From: Octopus sinensis
Taxonomy: Eukaryota
Length of the DNA: 64,000 nucleotides
Assembly (NCBI RefSeq): GCF_006345805.1
Contig: NC_043001.1
Location: 102,052,001-102,116,000, forward strand
Direction: 5' to 3'
The notes under the pieces were generated by a model. It searched no databases. It was not told where the DNA came from and was given only the letters and a program-made list of their open reading frames with translations. Shown piece after piece: positions 36,851 to 50,039 of the stretch. Within the stretch, counting starts at the first letter, position 1. Every line of letters starts with the position of its first letter. Position numbers and translations under genes: made by a program.

Positions 36851-37030
36851 CTGTTCGCTTTTCAATACCCTTTCCCAGTCTGCTTGAGTTTATCTTGCAC
36901 AATGGACCAAGATTTATGAAACCCCAGAAATAAATCCCTGATGTCTGACGTGGACCTTCTTGTGCTGTGTCATCAGACTTTTTGCTAGAAAATATATCAC
37001 TTTTCAGTACCCCTAATAAATATAATCTCT

Positions 37031-37379
37031 GTTCTATATTTAAGAGATGAGGAATTATGTACATTATTTACATTTGAGAGATATTTGTCCTCATCTTGTT
37101 TGTTGTTAACACAACATTTCAGCTGATATACCCTCCAACATATGGCATAGTAGTTAAGAGCATGGGCTACTAACCCCAAGATTCCGAGTTCGATTCCAGG
37201 CAGTGACCTGAATAATAATAATAATAATAATGATAGCATCTAGAAATTCCTTAGGAATGAGAACCCAGGTTTGAAATTTCCCCAAGATACCTGATGAAGG
37301 CTGAAGGGTATATCAGCTGAAACGTTGTGTTAATAACAAACAAGATGAGGACAAATATCCGTCAAATGTAAATAATGTA
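37031..37379. mobile_element. Composite insertion: inverted PLE-like terminus + tRNA-like head + (AAT)n + PLE-like terminus with hammerhead, flanked by a 14-bp TSD
   Basis: TSD TAAATATAATCTCT at 37017-37030 and 37380-37393; head 37143-37210; HHR core CTGATGA 37291-37297 and GAAA 37319-37322. Confidence 0.88.
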
Positions 37380-37594
37380 TAAATATAATCTCTATTTCAT
37401 AAACTGCCCCACTCTCAGAATTCCTTCCTCTGATAAAACTACTAATTACTCTGAGACAATAAGATTTTCACTCCCTACAATAAAATGTTTCCTATACAAA
37501 TTTATTGAGTTCCTTCATAGAGGCAGTCAAATTTAACAAATTGTTCTTTGTCTTCTCATTGTATGTGTGCGTGTAAGCATGTATGATATATATA

Positions 37595-37639
<45 letters not shown>

Positions 37640-37642
<3 letters not shown>

Positions 37643-37750
37643 TCAGTCATTTGACTGTGGCCATGCTGGAGCACCGCCTTTATTTGAGCAAATTGACCCT
37701 AGGAATGTAAACACACCAGCATCAGTTGTCAAGTGATGGTGGAGGGACAA

Positions 37751-37812
<62 letters not shown>

Positions 37813-37960
37813 TGGGCTTCTTTCAGTTTCCATCTACCAAATCCACTCACAAGGCTTTGTTCAGCCCGAGGCTATAGTAGAAGACACTCGCCCAAGCTGC
37901 CACACAGTAGGACTGAACCCGGAACCATGTGGTTGGTTAGCAAGCTACTTACCACAGCCT
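37640..37960 (-). mobile_element. CORE-type tRNA SINE
   Basis: Same family as 1228-1755, with a well-preserved head (GGACTGAACCCGGAACCATGTGGTTGG..AGCAAGCT.CTTACCAC). Confidence 0.85.
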
Positions 37961-38622
37961 ATATATATATAATGTATGTATTGAGATCAAAGATAAAGAA
38001 AGAGAACATATATGTGTATGTCTGTGTGTGCATATGTGTATGCATGTATGCGTATGTGTGGGATATTGTATATTATTTTAAAGTTTTGCTGCATCATCAG
38101 TTTTGAGGGGTTTTTTGGGGGTTTTTTATTTAAATAACAAGCACTGTAAAGTAAATTACAAAAATCTTTCAGTAGATCAGTTTTTGCTCTTAAAACCGAG
38201 CTGCTAAAAGCACTTAACAAATAAGTCCCCAGCACTTTGCAGAACAACCAATTACAAATGAAACATACCCAGATACAACAACAAGAACAACAGCACACAC
38301 ACACACACACACGCACACACAGAGTACCACTTATAACTCGAAAGATCAGGCTTACAAAGTAACTTGAGCTAAATTTTTAATCTCATCCCCTCCGTAGTCA
38401 CCACAGTGTCCACTACCAGTTCACATGCACTGTCCACCAACTGTTACACACTCTCCTAACAGGACACATTGTCCACTAACAGCTACATATTACCATCATC
38501 ATCATTTAACGTCCGTTTTCCATGCTGGCATGGGTTGGACTGGAGCTGGTAAGCCAGAGGCCTGCACCAGGTTCTAGTTGTCTGCTTCGGCAAGATCTCT
38601 ATGGCTGGATGCCCTTCCTTAA

Positions 38623-38841
38623 CTCTTTAGTACTTAAACCGGCCATATCCGGCCAAAATATTTAATCTGTTTTATGTTTAAACTGACCAGATCCAGGCTC
38701 TCTCACCTACCCTACAATGTTATTCTACATTAAGTAATTACACCATCAAGATCTTGAAGTTATGAGATAATGCATGATTAATTCAAATCAATGGGAATCA
38801 ATAAGCATTATGTTTGATAGAATAATCAGAACACTAAAGGG
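38623..38841. mobile_element. piggyBac-type MITE with TTAA TSD, inserted into an RTE-UTR repeat (38490-38920)
   Basis: TTAA|CTCTTTAG ... CTAAAGGG|TTAA; the host motif GCCCTTCCT(TAA)/GCCAACCAC is split by it. Confidence 0.85.
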
Positions 38842-39164
38842 TTAAGCCAACCACTTTACAGAGAGGACCGGATGCTTTTGACATGGCACTGGCACCAGTG
38901 CAGTTTACCAAGATCCATTTGGCACAATTCTTTGACCGTCACTTAACAATCTACTCACAGTTGAAACAACAATCCACACAAGATTAACTTAGTCCGCACA
39001 GGTCACTAACACACACACACTGCACCCTGTTCAGTCAGCTAAATCTGCATACAGTACAGAAACGGACAACATTCAGCCCACCAACATCTCGTTAACTGTA
39101 CAACAGCAGCTCATTAACAATTCATTAACAAGACTCCTAGCAATTAACTAATCTTTTCTACCCA

Positions 39165-39360
39165 AGGCACAAAATTTGGTGGGAGGAGGGGCAGTTGATT
39201 AGATTGATCCCTGTACACAACTGATACTTAATTTATCAACCCCAAAAGGATGAAAGGCAAAGTCAACCTCAGCAGAATTTGAACTCAGAATATAAAGACA
39301 GGTGAAAAACTGCTAAGCATTTCGCCCGGTGTGCTAACATTTCTGCCGGCTCACCACCTT
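39165..39360 (-). mobile_element. tRNA-derived SINE (GGCGAGCTGGCAGAA family)
   Basis: Contains the family core CCCCAAAAGGATGAAAGGCAAAGTCAACCTC...GAATTTGAACTCAGAA. Confidence 0.8.
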
Positions 39361-40496
39361 CTAACAATCAGCCAATGAACCACTGAAAGCCACACACTCT
39401 CCTCTTCCAGGTCATTATCAGTGCATCCATTACACACCGTCTGCTAATGGCCCTCTAACTCTGCATAAACAACCCAAACAGCCATACACACACACACAAT
39501 ACAGCCTACATATAATCCTGATACAGTCTACTCTCAGTGCAATAACAATCTGTTAATAATCCTTCAAGCCAACAAAGGACCACGCATAACCTCTACATAG
39601 CTTACGTGCAACTGGCATATAAATCCATATAAAACATATAACCCACACATAGTCCTCACGCAACTAATACACAGTCTACACAAAGTTGACTGCACGTTCA
39701 GTCTATTAGCTGTCCATAAACAGTGTTCACATCCATGAGCAGAGCACTAACACTCCATAAACTGTTCACTAACAAATAATGTACACCTCATTCCTTCTCA
39801 AGTCACTAACCACACATAACAGCACAAATTCTTAAAACATAATAATAATAATTACATTATTATTATATTTGGGGAGGGTCATTTTGCCAATAAACACATG
39901 CACAGTTTATTTGAGCTTCACTTCAGTTGTATTATTATTATTAATTTATACATCAGAGCTCTTTCATCACATATATATTACACATACCTCAAATATCTAG
40001 GGCAACATGGATTCGCCGTTAGATAAAATAAATATCACAATATTATTAAAAAATAAGAATATTATCAAATATCCAGATTATCTTAAAATTCAAATTACTC
40101 TGAAATCAAAGGAAAATCTCCAAGACTTTATACACAGCTCTAAACCTTCCAAAGATAACTTGAAAGACATTACCAATATATTGTCTTTATATACTCTGCT
40201 TAGATTAAGTTGATATCTTCTATTTTCTAATATTTCTCAATACACAAAATATGATTTCAAAACAAAATCTCTACCATGTCTATCAGCATTTTCATCCCTT
40301 CTTTCCCAAGTTCCACTTAGCTGAGCAGCAAGTATTAAGAAATCTAGGGTGACAAATAATTAATTAACACCACACTTCATTTCACATGGCAGGTGTGAGC
40401 AGGTGGGCATTATATTAGACCACTGTTACTCATAGGGGAAATTGTGTGCTACAGATGGGAGACAGGATACCTTTGTGGACAGAAAAGAGAGATAAA

Positions 40497-40970
40497 GTTC
40501 TATATTTAAGAGATGAGGAATTATGTACATTATTTATATTTGATGGATATTTGTCCTCATCTCGTTTGTTGTTAAACACAACATTTTGGCTGATATACCC
40601 TCTTGGGGAAATTTCAGACCTGGGTTCTCGTTCCTAAGGTATTTTTTGATGTTATTCATCATCATCATCATCTATTATTATTATTATTATTATTCAGGTC
40701 ACTTCCTGGAATCGAACTTGGAATCTTGGAGTTAGTAGCCCACACTCTTAACCACTACGCCATAAGCACGTGTGCAATTATGGAGTGAATTTTAGTTCGA
40801 TTCCAGGCAGTGACGTGAATAATAATAATAACATCGAAAGATACCTTAGAAATGAGAACCCAGGTTCGAAACTTCCCCAAGATATCTGATGAACACTGGA
40901 GGGTATATCAACCAAAATGTTGTGTTAACAATAAACAAGATGAGGACAAATATCCATCAAATGTAAATAA
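40497..40970. mobile_element. Head-to-head pair of tRNA-head/(AAT)n/PLE-terminus units, hammerheads decayed
   Basis: Minus unit 40497-40763 has a complete tRNA-like head; plus unit from ~40793 has a 5'-truncated head; possible degenerate TSD AGAAAAGAGAGATAAA (40481-40496) vs AGGAAAGAGGGATGTA (40971-40986). Confidence 0.85.
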
Positions 40971-41204
40971 AGGAAAGAGGGATGTACAACAAAATTAAGG
41001 TGGTTTTAGACTTAGAGATGTAAATTCTCCTTGTCTCCTCATTAATGGTTAGTTGGTGGGGTGGATTGTAATGGTTGGTGTTTCTCATGTTCAGCTGGAC
41101 CTAAACATGTGCCTCCGCCACTCTTTACATCAAATCTGCTAAATTTAAAACCTCTACCATTTTCATAAGAATAAATTTCAAAGATTCCTCAATGACAACA
41201 ATAA

Positions 41205-41610
41205 CACTCTTTTCTACTCTAGGTACAAGGCCCCAAAGTTTGGGAGAGGGGGGTGGGGGCAGTCGATTAGATCAACCTCAGTATGCAGCTGGTACTTAAT
41301 TCAACGACCCTGAAAGGATGAAAGGCAAAGTCGATCGCGGCAGAATTTCAACTCAGAATATAAAGACAGACGAAATACCTATTTCTTTACTACCCACAAG
41401 GGGCTAAACACAGAGAGGACAAACATGGACAGACAAATGGATTAAGTCGATTATATCGACCCCAGTGCATAACTGGTACTTATTTAATCGACCCCAAAAG
41501 GACGAAAGACAAAGTCGACCTCAGCGGAATTTGAACTCAGAACATAAAGACAGACGAAACACCGCTAAGCATTTTGCACGGCATGCTAATGTTTCTGCCA
41601 ACTCGCCACC
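41205..41610 (-). mobile_element. Nested/dimeric tRNA-SINE
   Basis: The young-subfamily tail TACCTATTTCTTTACTACCCACAAGGGGCTAAAC joins an older copy at GACAGACGAAATAC. Confidence 0.8.
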
Positions 41611-43081
41611 TTACAATCATCATAACATTAACATAATAACTACAAGACAATGAGTGGAGCCTATATGCAGTCAGCTGATCTGCTGGAAATAACAGCCAAA
41701 TTTTCATCAAATCACACTTTTCCACTTAAAACTGAAAAGAAGATGAAATGTTCAACATTAAAATACTTTTGATTATAGGCCTTTTCATGAAGGTGGGTGT
41801 CCTAGTGGTTAAAGCACTGAACTCATGATTGAAAGATTGCTGTTTCAATTCTTGAACTGGGTAGTGAGTTGTGTTCTTGAGCGAAACACTTCATTTCACC
41901 TTGCTCCAGACCACTCAGCTGTAAATGAGTCCACCCTGCAACAGACTAGCATCCCACTGGGGCGAGGAGCAGGGGAGGTGGTTGCTTATACACCATGGGA
42001 AGTAAGGTAACCAACCCTGTGGGCTCGAGAATTGGAGGCAGTAACATCTAGGGGTTGATGATGATGAGGACAACGATGATGACAATGATGATCATTCTTC
42101 TCAATCAGGACAGGCTTGTAACTCAACAACAACTTTCTACTCAACCTCAATATAAACTCCATTAATTCAACACTATAAACTCTTTAGTCGACTGTAACAT
42201 CACCATCACCATCATGACCTTTCCACAGATATGTGGTGGTGGTGAGGGTGGGTAGTGGTGGCCAAGATGTGTGTGGTCAATGAAATGTCTTTGCTTAGTC
42301 TTTAAAAGACAAATGTTGATGCACGAGAAATGTGAATTGGGAATGCAAAGGAAAATGAAGTCCAATGTTTTAACGTTCTTCCATTACTTCTGCTTCTTAT
42401 TCCAGAAATGGCAACCAAATCTTCCTTACTTAAGGAAAATGAGGAACAAAGTGGATAATGTAGTCCTTGGTATACTAAGATATAGAATAATCAAGAAAAA
42501 GATGAGAGTTTAATTTGAATAACAATGCATATACCCAGGGTAACTCTGTCCTAGGTTGTTTGCAGTATAACTAGCAATTAGGAATTAATTAAGCTCTCCA
42601 TAGATAGAAAATGACCATTTCTTTTCTAATGAAGATCAAAGAAGGCTACAAATGAATCAGGTCAACCTTCCTTTTTAAATTGCATAGACAGAGATAAAAC
42701 CTGTAGGGATCACAGTGGCCCCACAATTGTAAGCTTACTAAAAGGTTTACCTAAACTCACATTGCATTTAAAATTATGCTCAATATTCTATTAAGTACAT
42801 TATTAATTAACATCCGTGTGTCAGCATCTGCCCTGTTATGCAAATTAAACTAAACAGTTTTGTGAAGTCCTATTATGTATCTGCTTTGAACAGTTGTAAG
42901 ATACAGTTATTTCTGTGGATAGAAAATGGGTACATACATATATGTGTGTGTGTGTGCTACAAATACACACACACACACAAATATATGTATATATATCTAG
43001 CCATCTGTCTGTCTGTCTCTCTCTCTTTATATATGTGTGTGTGTGTGTGTGTGAAATATATATATATATATATATATATAA

Positions 43082-43312
43082 AAAGCACCAATCCGATCTT
43101 GGCTGTTGCCAGCTTCGCCTGGCACCTGTGGTGGTGGCACATAAAGAGCACAAACTACACTCATGGAGTGGTTGGCATTAGGAAGGGCATCCAGCTGTAG
43201 AAACACTGCCAGATCAAACTGGGGCCTGGTGCAGCCTTCTGGCTTCCCAGATCCCCGGTCGAACCGTCCAACCCATGCTAGCATGGAGAACGGACGTTAA
43301 AAAATAAATGAT
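43082..43312 (+). mobile_element. RTE 3'UTR-type repeat
   Basis: Well-preserved body ending CCGTCCAACCCATGCTAGCATGGAGAACGGACGTTAAA...GATGAT. Confidence 0.85.
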
Positions 43313-43318
43313 GATATA

Positions 43319-43357
<39 letters not shown>

Positions 43358-43549
43358 TATATATATATATATATATATATATGCATATATATATATATAT
43401 ATGCATATATATATATATATATGCATATATATATATGCATATATATATATATATATGCATATATATATATATATATGCATATATATATATATATGCATAT
43501 ATATATATATATATGCATATATATATATATATGCATATATATATATATA

Positions 43550-43629
<80 letters not shown>

Positions 43630-43632
43630 ATA

Positions 43633-43680
<48 letters not shown>

Positions 43681-43933
43681 TATATATATATATATATATG
43701 CATATATATATATATATATATGCATATATAATATATATATGCATATATATATATATATTATATATGCATATATATATATATATATGCATATATAATATAT
43801 ATATATGCATATATATATATCTATATATGCATATATATAATATATGCATATATATATATATATATATATTATATGCATATATATATATATATATATTATG
43901 CATATATATATATGCATATATATATATATATGC

Positions 43934-43975
<42 letters not shown>

Positions 43976-44207
43976 GCATATATATATATTATATATATAT
44001 ATATATGCATATATATATATATATATATGATATATATATATATATATATATATGCATATATATATATATATATGCATATTATATATATATATATATATAT
44101 ATATGCATATATATATATATATATATGCATATATATATATATATATATGCATATATATATATATATATGCATATATATATATCTATATATGCATATATAT
44201 ATATATA

Positions 44208-44241
<34 letters not shown>

Positions 44242-44255
44242 TATATATATATATA

Positions 44256-44289
<34 letters not shown>

Positions 44290-44301
44290 TATATATATAT
44301 A

Positions 44302-44343
<42 letters not shown>

Positions 44344-44408
44344 ATATATATATATGCATATAATATATATATATGCATATATATATATATATGCATATAT
44401 ATATATGC

Positions 44409-44447
<39 letters not shown>

Positions 44448-44461
44448 ATATATATATATAT
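43313..44461. repeat. ~1.15-kb (TA)n microsatellite punctuated by ATGCAT units
   Basis: Direct inspection; source of all the poly-IY/MHIY ORFs. Confidence 0.97.
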
Positions 44462-44496
<35 letters not shown>

Positions 44497-44789
44497 TATA
44501 GATAGGTAAAGATATATATAGATATAGATACACACACACACACACACATATCAGAAGATGGAATCAACAAGTTTGGGATTTTAAACCTCAGCTTAATTTA
44601 AGCCTATTTCTTCTGATCTGCAAAAGATTTTCTCCATCACTGAAATGCTACACAGACAAATACTGTAAGAATTTCTGACATAAGTATAATGATTTAGAGA
44701 TGTATGAGTGGGAGAAAACCGGAAGCTGTGATGTTCATGCTGTCATTTTTATTTATGTGTTACCAATAGCATAACTAACATCTCGTTTT

Positions 44790-45110
44790 AAGCTCATCAT
44801 CATCATTCAACTCCCGTTTTCCATGCTGGCATGGGTTGGATGGTTTGTCAGGAACTGGCAAGGCCAGGAGCTGTACCCGGTTCCACAGTCTGTTTTGGCA
44901 TAGTTTCTACAGCTTCTTGATGCCAACCATTTTACAGAGTGTACTCGGTACTTTTTCCATGGTACTATCATCAGTGCTTTTCACATGGAATCATCACCAT
45001 TGCTTTTTATGTGGCACCATCACCAGTGTTGACAGGATCAACAAGTAGCTTGCAAGACAAGAACCCCTCGACAAGCAGCAGGTGAGAGTATTAATGGGGT
45101 GTGGCCCTTT
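44790..45110 (-). mobile_element. RTE 3'UTR-type repeat
   Basis: Family signature TTTTCCATGCTGGCATGGGTTGGATGGTTTG. Confidence 0.7.
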
Positions 45111-46629
45111 GCCAGGTGAGAGATTTAAGGTACAGAGGGGCCACATATAGATGTCTTGATGTGGAATAGATACACGAAGACTCCAGCTGGGGAACAAAGA
45201 AAAGCAAGTTGGCAAGTAAGACAAAAAGAGAGAGAGAGAGTAAGAAAGACGATGGCGGGTATGTGTTGGGACATGTTTTCAAGGAACATTAGGGGTGGTG
45301 AGAGTAGGTGCGGCGATATAGAGGCTTGGGTTGGGTGTGTGGGCAGGATGAGGTGACTGTAGGAAATGAAGAGAAATAATGGGGAGGCTCAGGGGGAAGG
45401 GTTTGCAGCAGGTATGTATGCTATTAATTAGATATAATTTCTACAATAGAAAAGGAAGAGCTGTTAAACAGTGTCTCTTATTAACTTACAATATATGGCT
45501 GCTTCAAGAAAGTTCTCCAAATTCACTCCTCATTGCCAAAAGGGATGTATGTATGTTTGTATGTAAGCATGTACATATCTATGTATGGATGTATGTGTGC
45601 ATGTATGCAGAAGTATTGATTTCTTACTGAAATACATGGGTTCAAGTTTGCTGAGCAAAGGAAATGAGGTTATGTAACGTTATGTGTCTCTCAAATGACT
45701 CTTCAGCAGAGGGAAAATTAAATAACTTCAAACAGAAACTGAAAGCAATTCATAAACTTGGCTTCAGCAGAGTTTGTCTCCATTCCATGCTGATGTTGCT
45801 AGCATATATTTTGTATTTTACATACAGCCTCCACTACGGGAAATATCCTTCATCAGCTCTTGACTGTTAATCATAATTATTTTAATTTCTTTTAACAGTA
45901 TCACATCCTCCTCTAGTTGTACCAAACAGCCTTGAGGCTAACAAGGAGGGTCTGAGTCATTTTGGCTCACGTTACTGCATATTTTTGCTTTCTTATGCTA
46001 TCCATTCTAACCGTGCAGTAGCAAATTTGTTTTACAACTTTGCTAAAGATTGATTCTTTGCTCTCAGCTTTTCTCTTTCTATGGTATACCTCTGCTATAT
46101 TCATGTTGAGGCATTTCCTACTTCCTTCTTCAACTTTTGCAACAAGTGCTAGGGAAAATGTACAATGAATTATCAGAGAGAACTAACTTTCATTTTCTGA
46201 CAAATGAAATGAGTATAACCCACCTTTGATGTAAAAACCTGTGTTGCAAAATATTTCCTGAATAGCGAAAGATTTTATAAATTATTTAACAATAACAACA
46301 TAAAAATAAGCTGCAGCTGTACGAAAATTTGTCAACAACCTTTCAAAACTAGAGAACAGAAATATTAACCCCAAATGAAGAACAAAAATAAGACATTCAG
46401 TTAATGAAATAGAGAATTTTGCTTTGAAAAGCTAAAATGCTAAGTACAAGGAATTGTATATTGTGATGATATATACACCAATAGGACATAAAGAAGTTTA
46501 GAAAGCCTCACGGCGTACTCCTTTAAACTTTACTAATATCAGCACAACAGTTCATTTTATAATCAACTGAAACCTTTCCAGTAATCTCGAAGTATATTTG
46601 GAAATTCAGGACAAATACATCACCAGCAC

Positions 46630-46830
46630 CATGTAGGCTCACAGAATTGTCAGCACATTGGACACTTAGCAGCATTTCATTCATCTTTATGTTCTGAGTT
46701 CACATTCTGCCAAGATTGACTTTTCTTCTTTTTAGAGTTGATACGTTAAGTACCAGTTGAGTTCTGGGGTTGATGTGACTGACTTACCCACTTCCTCCAA
46801 AACTGCTGGCACTGTACCAAAATTTGAAAC
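46630..46830 (+). mobile_element. tRNA-derived SINE, older copy
   Basis: TTCTGAGTTCACATTCTGCC..GATTGACTTTT...AAGTACCAGTTGAG..CTGGGGTTGATGT. Confidence 0.65.
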
Positions 46831-47811
46831 CAATATTAAGGCACCAGTATTTTTTGAATAATGGCAGCCAGAGTTGTGCATCTTTGGCAGGTTTTTGCAG
46901 TGAAAACACACATGCAAGGGAAGAGACAAGGACATGGTCATTGTGTAATGAATAGATTTGATACAAATTAAAAACACATAAATGAATGAAAAACTTGTGC
47001 ACAAGGTGTAAGATTTTGGTGGGGTGGGGGACAGTGAGTGCTTTTGAGCCTTGTAGCTTGATTGGTTCTTTTTATCTCAAAGGTTGGAAAATATAGCTGA
47101 CTTCAGTAGGAAATGAACTCAGAACGTAAAGAGTGGAACAAATTACTGCATGATGTTTTTCTGATGTTCAAATATAATTTAAATAAAATGAAAATCTTGA
47201 AACTTAGACTCATCTTCCCATAGAGAGGAGGTGATAAACTCCACTTGGACCAAATTAGTGTTTCCAACAACTCCGATCCTCTCTTTTTTTCATCTGTTTA
47301 CTGGTCTCATAGTCTACATAATTGCTTATTCTAAAAATGCCTTTGAGAAAATTTTGGATTGAAGCAGCCAAGCTGAAAAGACACCTGTTTTGATTTCATG
47401 TTATTGTTTGAAAGTTAGAAATGTCCTGTCTTTAGCATTTTATAACCCAGGCTCATCTCCTCCCCCAATAGACACTAAATTTATCACAAAATAGCCAGGT
47501 AGATTCTTTAAGTTTGCTATCAATTCTTTGTTTGTTGTGCAAAGAACTGCAAATTTCATTTTGGTTGGGGATGGAACAGAAGAACTCCACATATGCACAA
47601 AACAAGACAAATCCTTTCCTACTTTCAAAGGAGCCAACAAATTCAAAACAAACACAGTTCCAAGACTGTTCTTAGACAGTTAAGGAGAGGGGAGAAATGG
47701 CTTCAGAAATGAGCAAAAAATGTGAAGACTATACTAAAAATGTAGCAACAGAATATGAAGTGGTAGCAAGAAAAGCCTCTACAGTACCAATAATAAAAAT
47801 AAATGCGCCCT

Positions 47812-48052
47812 TTTAAAGCCTAGCCAGGCTCATGGGCCCGGTTTCCTGGTTTCTGTGGCACATGTGTTCCCCCCAGCTGGACGGGACGCCAGGCCATCGC
47901 AGCGTTACTCATTTTTGCCAGCTGAGTGGACTGGAGCAATGTGAAATGAAGTGTTTTGCTCAAGAACACAACGCGCTGCCCGCTCTGGAAATCAAAACCA
48001 CAATCTTACGATCATGATGCTGACACCCTAACCACTCAGCCATGCACCTCCA
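47812..48052 (-). mobile_element. tRNA-derived SINE whose head is related to that of 6316-6694
   Basis: Ends CCCTAACCACTCAGCCATGCACCTCCAC (reverse complement of GTGGAGGTGCATGGCTGAGTGGTTAGGG). Confidence 0.8.
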
Positions 48053-48584
48053 CCTACAGTACCAATGCCAGAACAAATTGAACAGGATGGAAATAGATGA
48101 AGAAAAATTTCAATTCTGGTTGAAGATAGAAGGACTCAAAACTGAGACTGTAGAATTCTTGATTGTGCCACATAATCAAAGGCTTTCCATTTGAAGTCTT
48201 TAAAAGCATATTATGAAGCAGAATGCCATGACTTCAAAACTGAGATTTTAAAGAATTAACTATGTTATCTTCAGCTCTCTTGTCTTATCCAAGAAGAAAT
48301 ATGTCTACTTAGATTATAGAGTTGTAGCTTTTATACATTGGAAGTTGTTCCGGAAATCTGAAATATTGGTTTCAAAATTTGGTAGAAGGTCAGAAATTTT
48401 GGTGGGAGGGTTACATTGACCCTAGTGTTCAGCTGGTATTTAGTTTATTGACCCCGAAAGGATGAGAGGGAAAGCTGACCCTGGCAGCATTTGAGCTCAG
48501 AATGTAAAGACAAATGAGTCAAGTAAAAGTAGTACAATCAGTCAAGGAACCTTCTGGCACTAATCTTCTACAGAAAGACCTCAG

Positions 48585-49010
48585 TCATCATCATCATCAT
48601 TGTCGTCATCGTTTAACATCCGTTTTCCATGTTAATATGGTTTGGACAATTCAACTGGGGTCTGGGAAGCCAGGAGGCTGCTCCAGTCAGATCTGGCAGT
48701 GTTCCTACAGCTGGATGCCCTTCCTAACACCAACCACTCTGTGAGTGTGGTGGGTGCTTTTTACGTGCCACCAGCACAGAGGCCGGAGGAGGCTGGTAAC
48801 AGCCATGATTGGTTGGTGCTTTTTACGTGCCACCAGCATGGAAGCCACTCAAGGCAACGCTGGCATCAGCCATGTTCTGATGGTGCCTTTTATGTGCCAC
48901 TGGCATGGGGATCACAGCTACAATTTCCATTTGATTTTTATTCTGATGTTGATGTACTTGACTCAATAGGTCTCCTTAAGCACAGCAGGTTGCCCTACTA
49001 TCCAAGGTAC
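48585..49010 (-). mobile_element. RTE 3'UTR-type repeat with monomers
   Basis: (CAT)n tail, family body and about 3 monomers. Confidence 0.8.
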
Positions 49011-49082
49011 TTTTGAATGGGCTGGGGCAGGTTATGTGAAACTGGTGTAGGATGCAGCCATGAACTCACTTTATTTGCTGGG

Positions 49083-49655
49083 TCATGGGCTGAGGACAAC
49101 AACATGTAATTTAATACAGGTGAATTGCAAGCCCTCCACTACCAGCTAATTGGTCACACCCACAATACTTTGGACCAAAAAGAGCAGTAATACCAGAATC
49201 ACATATGGTGTGTGGCCTTGGGATTGATATGAACAATGATGTCTCATTTCACATGCATATCACCAATATGGTGGCAATGTATGGGCAAATGGCTAGATGT
49301 ATTCTGAGAACCTTCAGAACAAGAGACTGAGAAACTATGCTGGTCCTATGCAGGACATTTGTCTTCAGCCATCTGGACTACTGCTCTCAACTGTGGTCAC
49401 CCTAGAGTGTTGGATTAGTAGCAGAACTTGAGGCAGTTCAGTGATGTTACACAAGGAAGATTGCATCAATGGAACAGCTGAGCTTCTGGGAGAGATTGAA
49501 AGAGCTACAACTCTATTCCCTGGAGTGAAGATAGGAGAGGTATGCAGTGATATATGTGTGGAAGATACTGGAGGAGCTGGCACCAAAGTTTGGAATTGAG
49601 AGTTATACCAGACCTCGAATTGGACATCATCACTGCACTGTCCCACAGGTCCTAG
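49083..49655 (+). mobile_element. Decayed CR1-group LINE RT C-terminal fragment
   Basis: WAEDNNM.FN...; LGIDMNNDVSFHMHI; RTFVFSHLDYCSQLWSP; ELEAVQ.CYTRKI.SMEQLSFWERLKELQLYSLE.R.ERYAVIYVWKIL (with stop codons). Confidence 0.8.
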
Positions 49656-50039
49656 CTGTCCCATCTAAGGGTAGGACCATATAGTGCAATAGCTTGGGAT
49701 TCAAGGTCCCACACCTATTGAACACCTTGCTAAAACATCTGAGGGATTTCCATGGAGTGGGCGGGGTGTAGGGTGGGGGTGGGCGCAGATGTTTTCAAAA
49801 GCCAAACTTGACCTCTTACTATCCAAGATCCCAGATGAACCAATCTCAAGGCAGGAAACTCAAAAGAGGGCAGCAGTGTCGAATTCCCTCCTTCCCCAAA
49901 AGCCAATCACATAGGACTGGCCAATTAAAAGGTGATTACACTGGTGGTGCTCCAACTTGGCCACATCCTTAGGGCTGAAGCATTTTATCCTGTTTGCTAA
50001 TGATTCTGCCAGTTCGCTGCCTTTCAACAATCGAAATAT

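Noticed and set aside
37143-37210. Bona fide tRNA genes (here and at other SINE heads)
   Set aside because: A/B boxes are present, but no complete acceptor stem or cloverleaf could be folded; they are embedded in mobile elements.
40007-40300. Possible PLE C-terminal remnant
   Set aside because: Only a vague resemblance; no GIY-YIG residues could be placed with confidence.
43278-44570. Long ORFs (up to 275 aa) of poly-IY/MHIY, and similar HT/VC/II/DD ORFs throughout the track
   Set aside because: Translations of microsatellites that lack stop codons; no protein-like composition.
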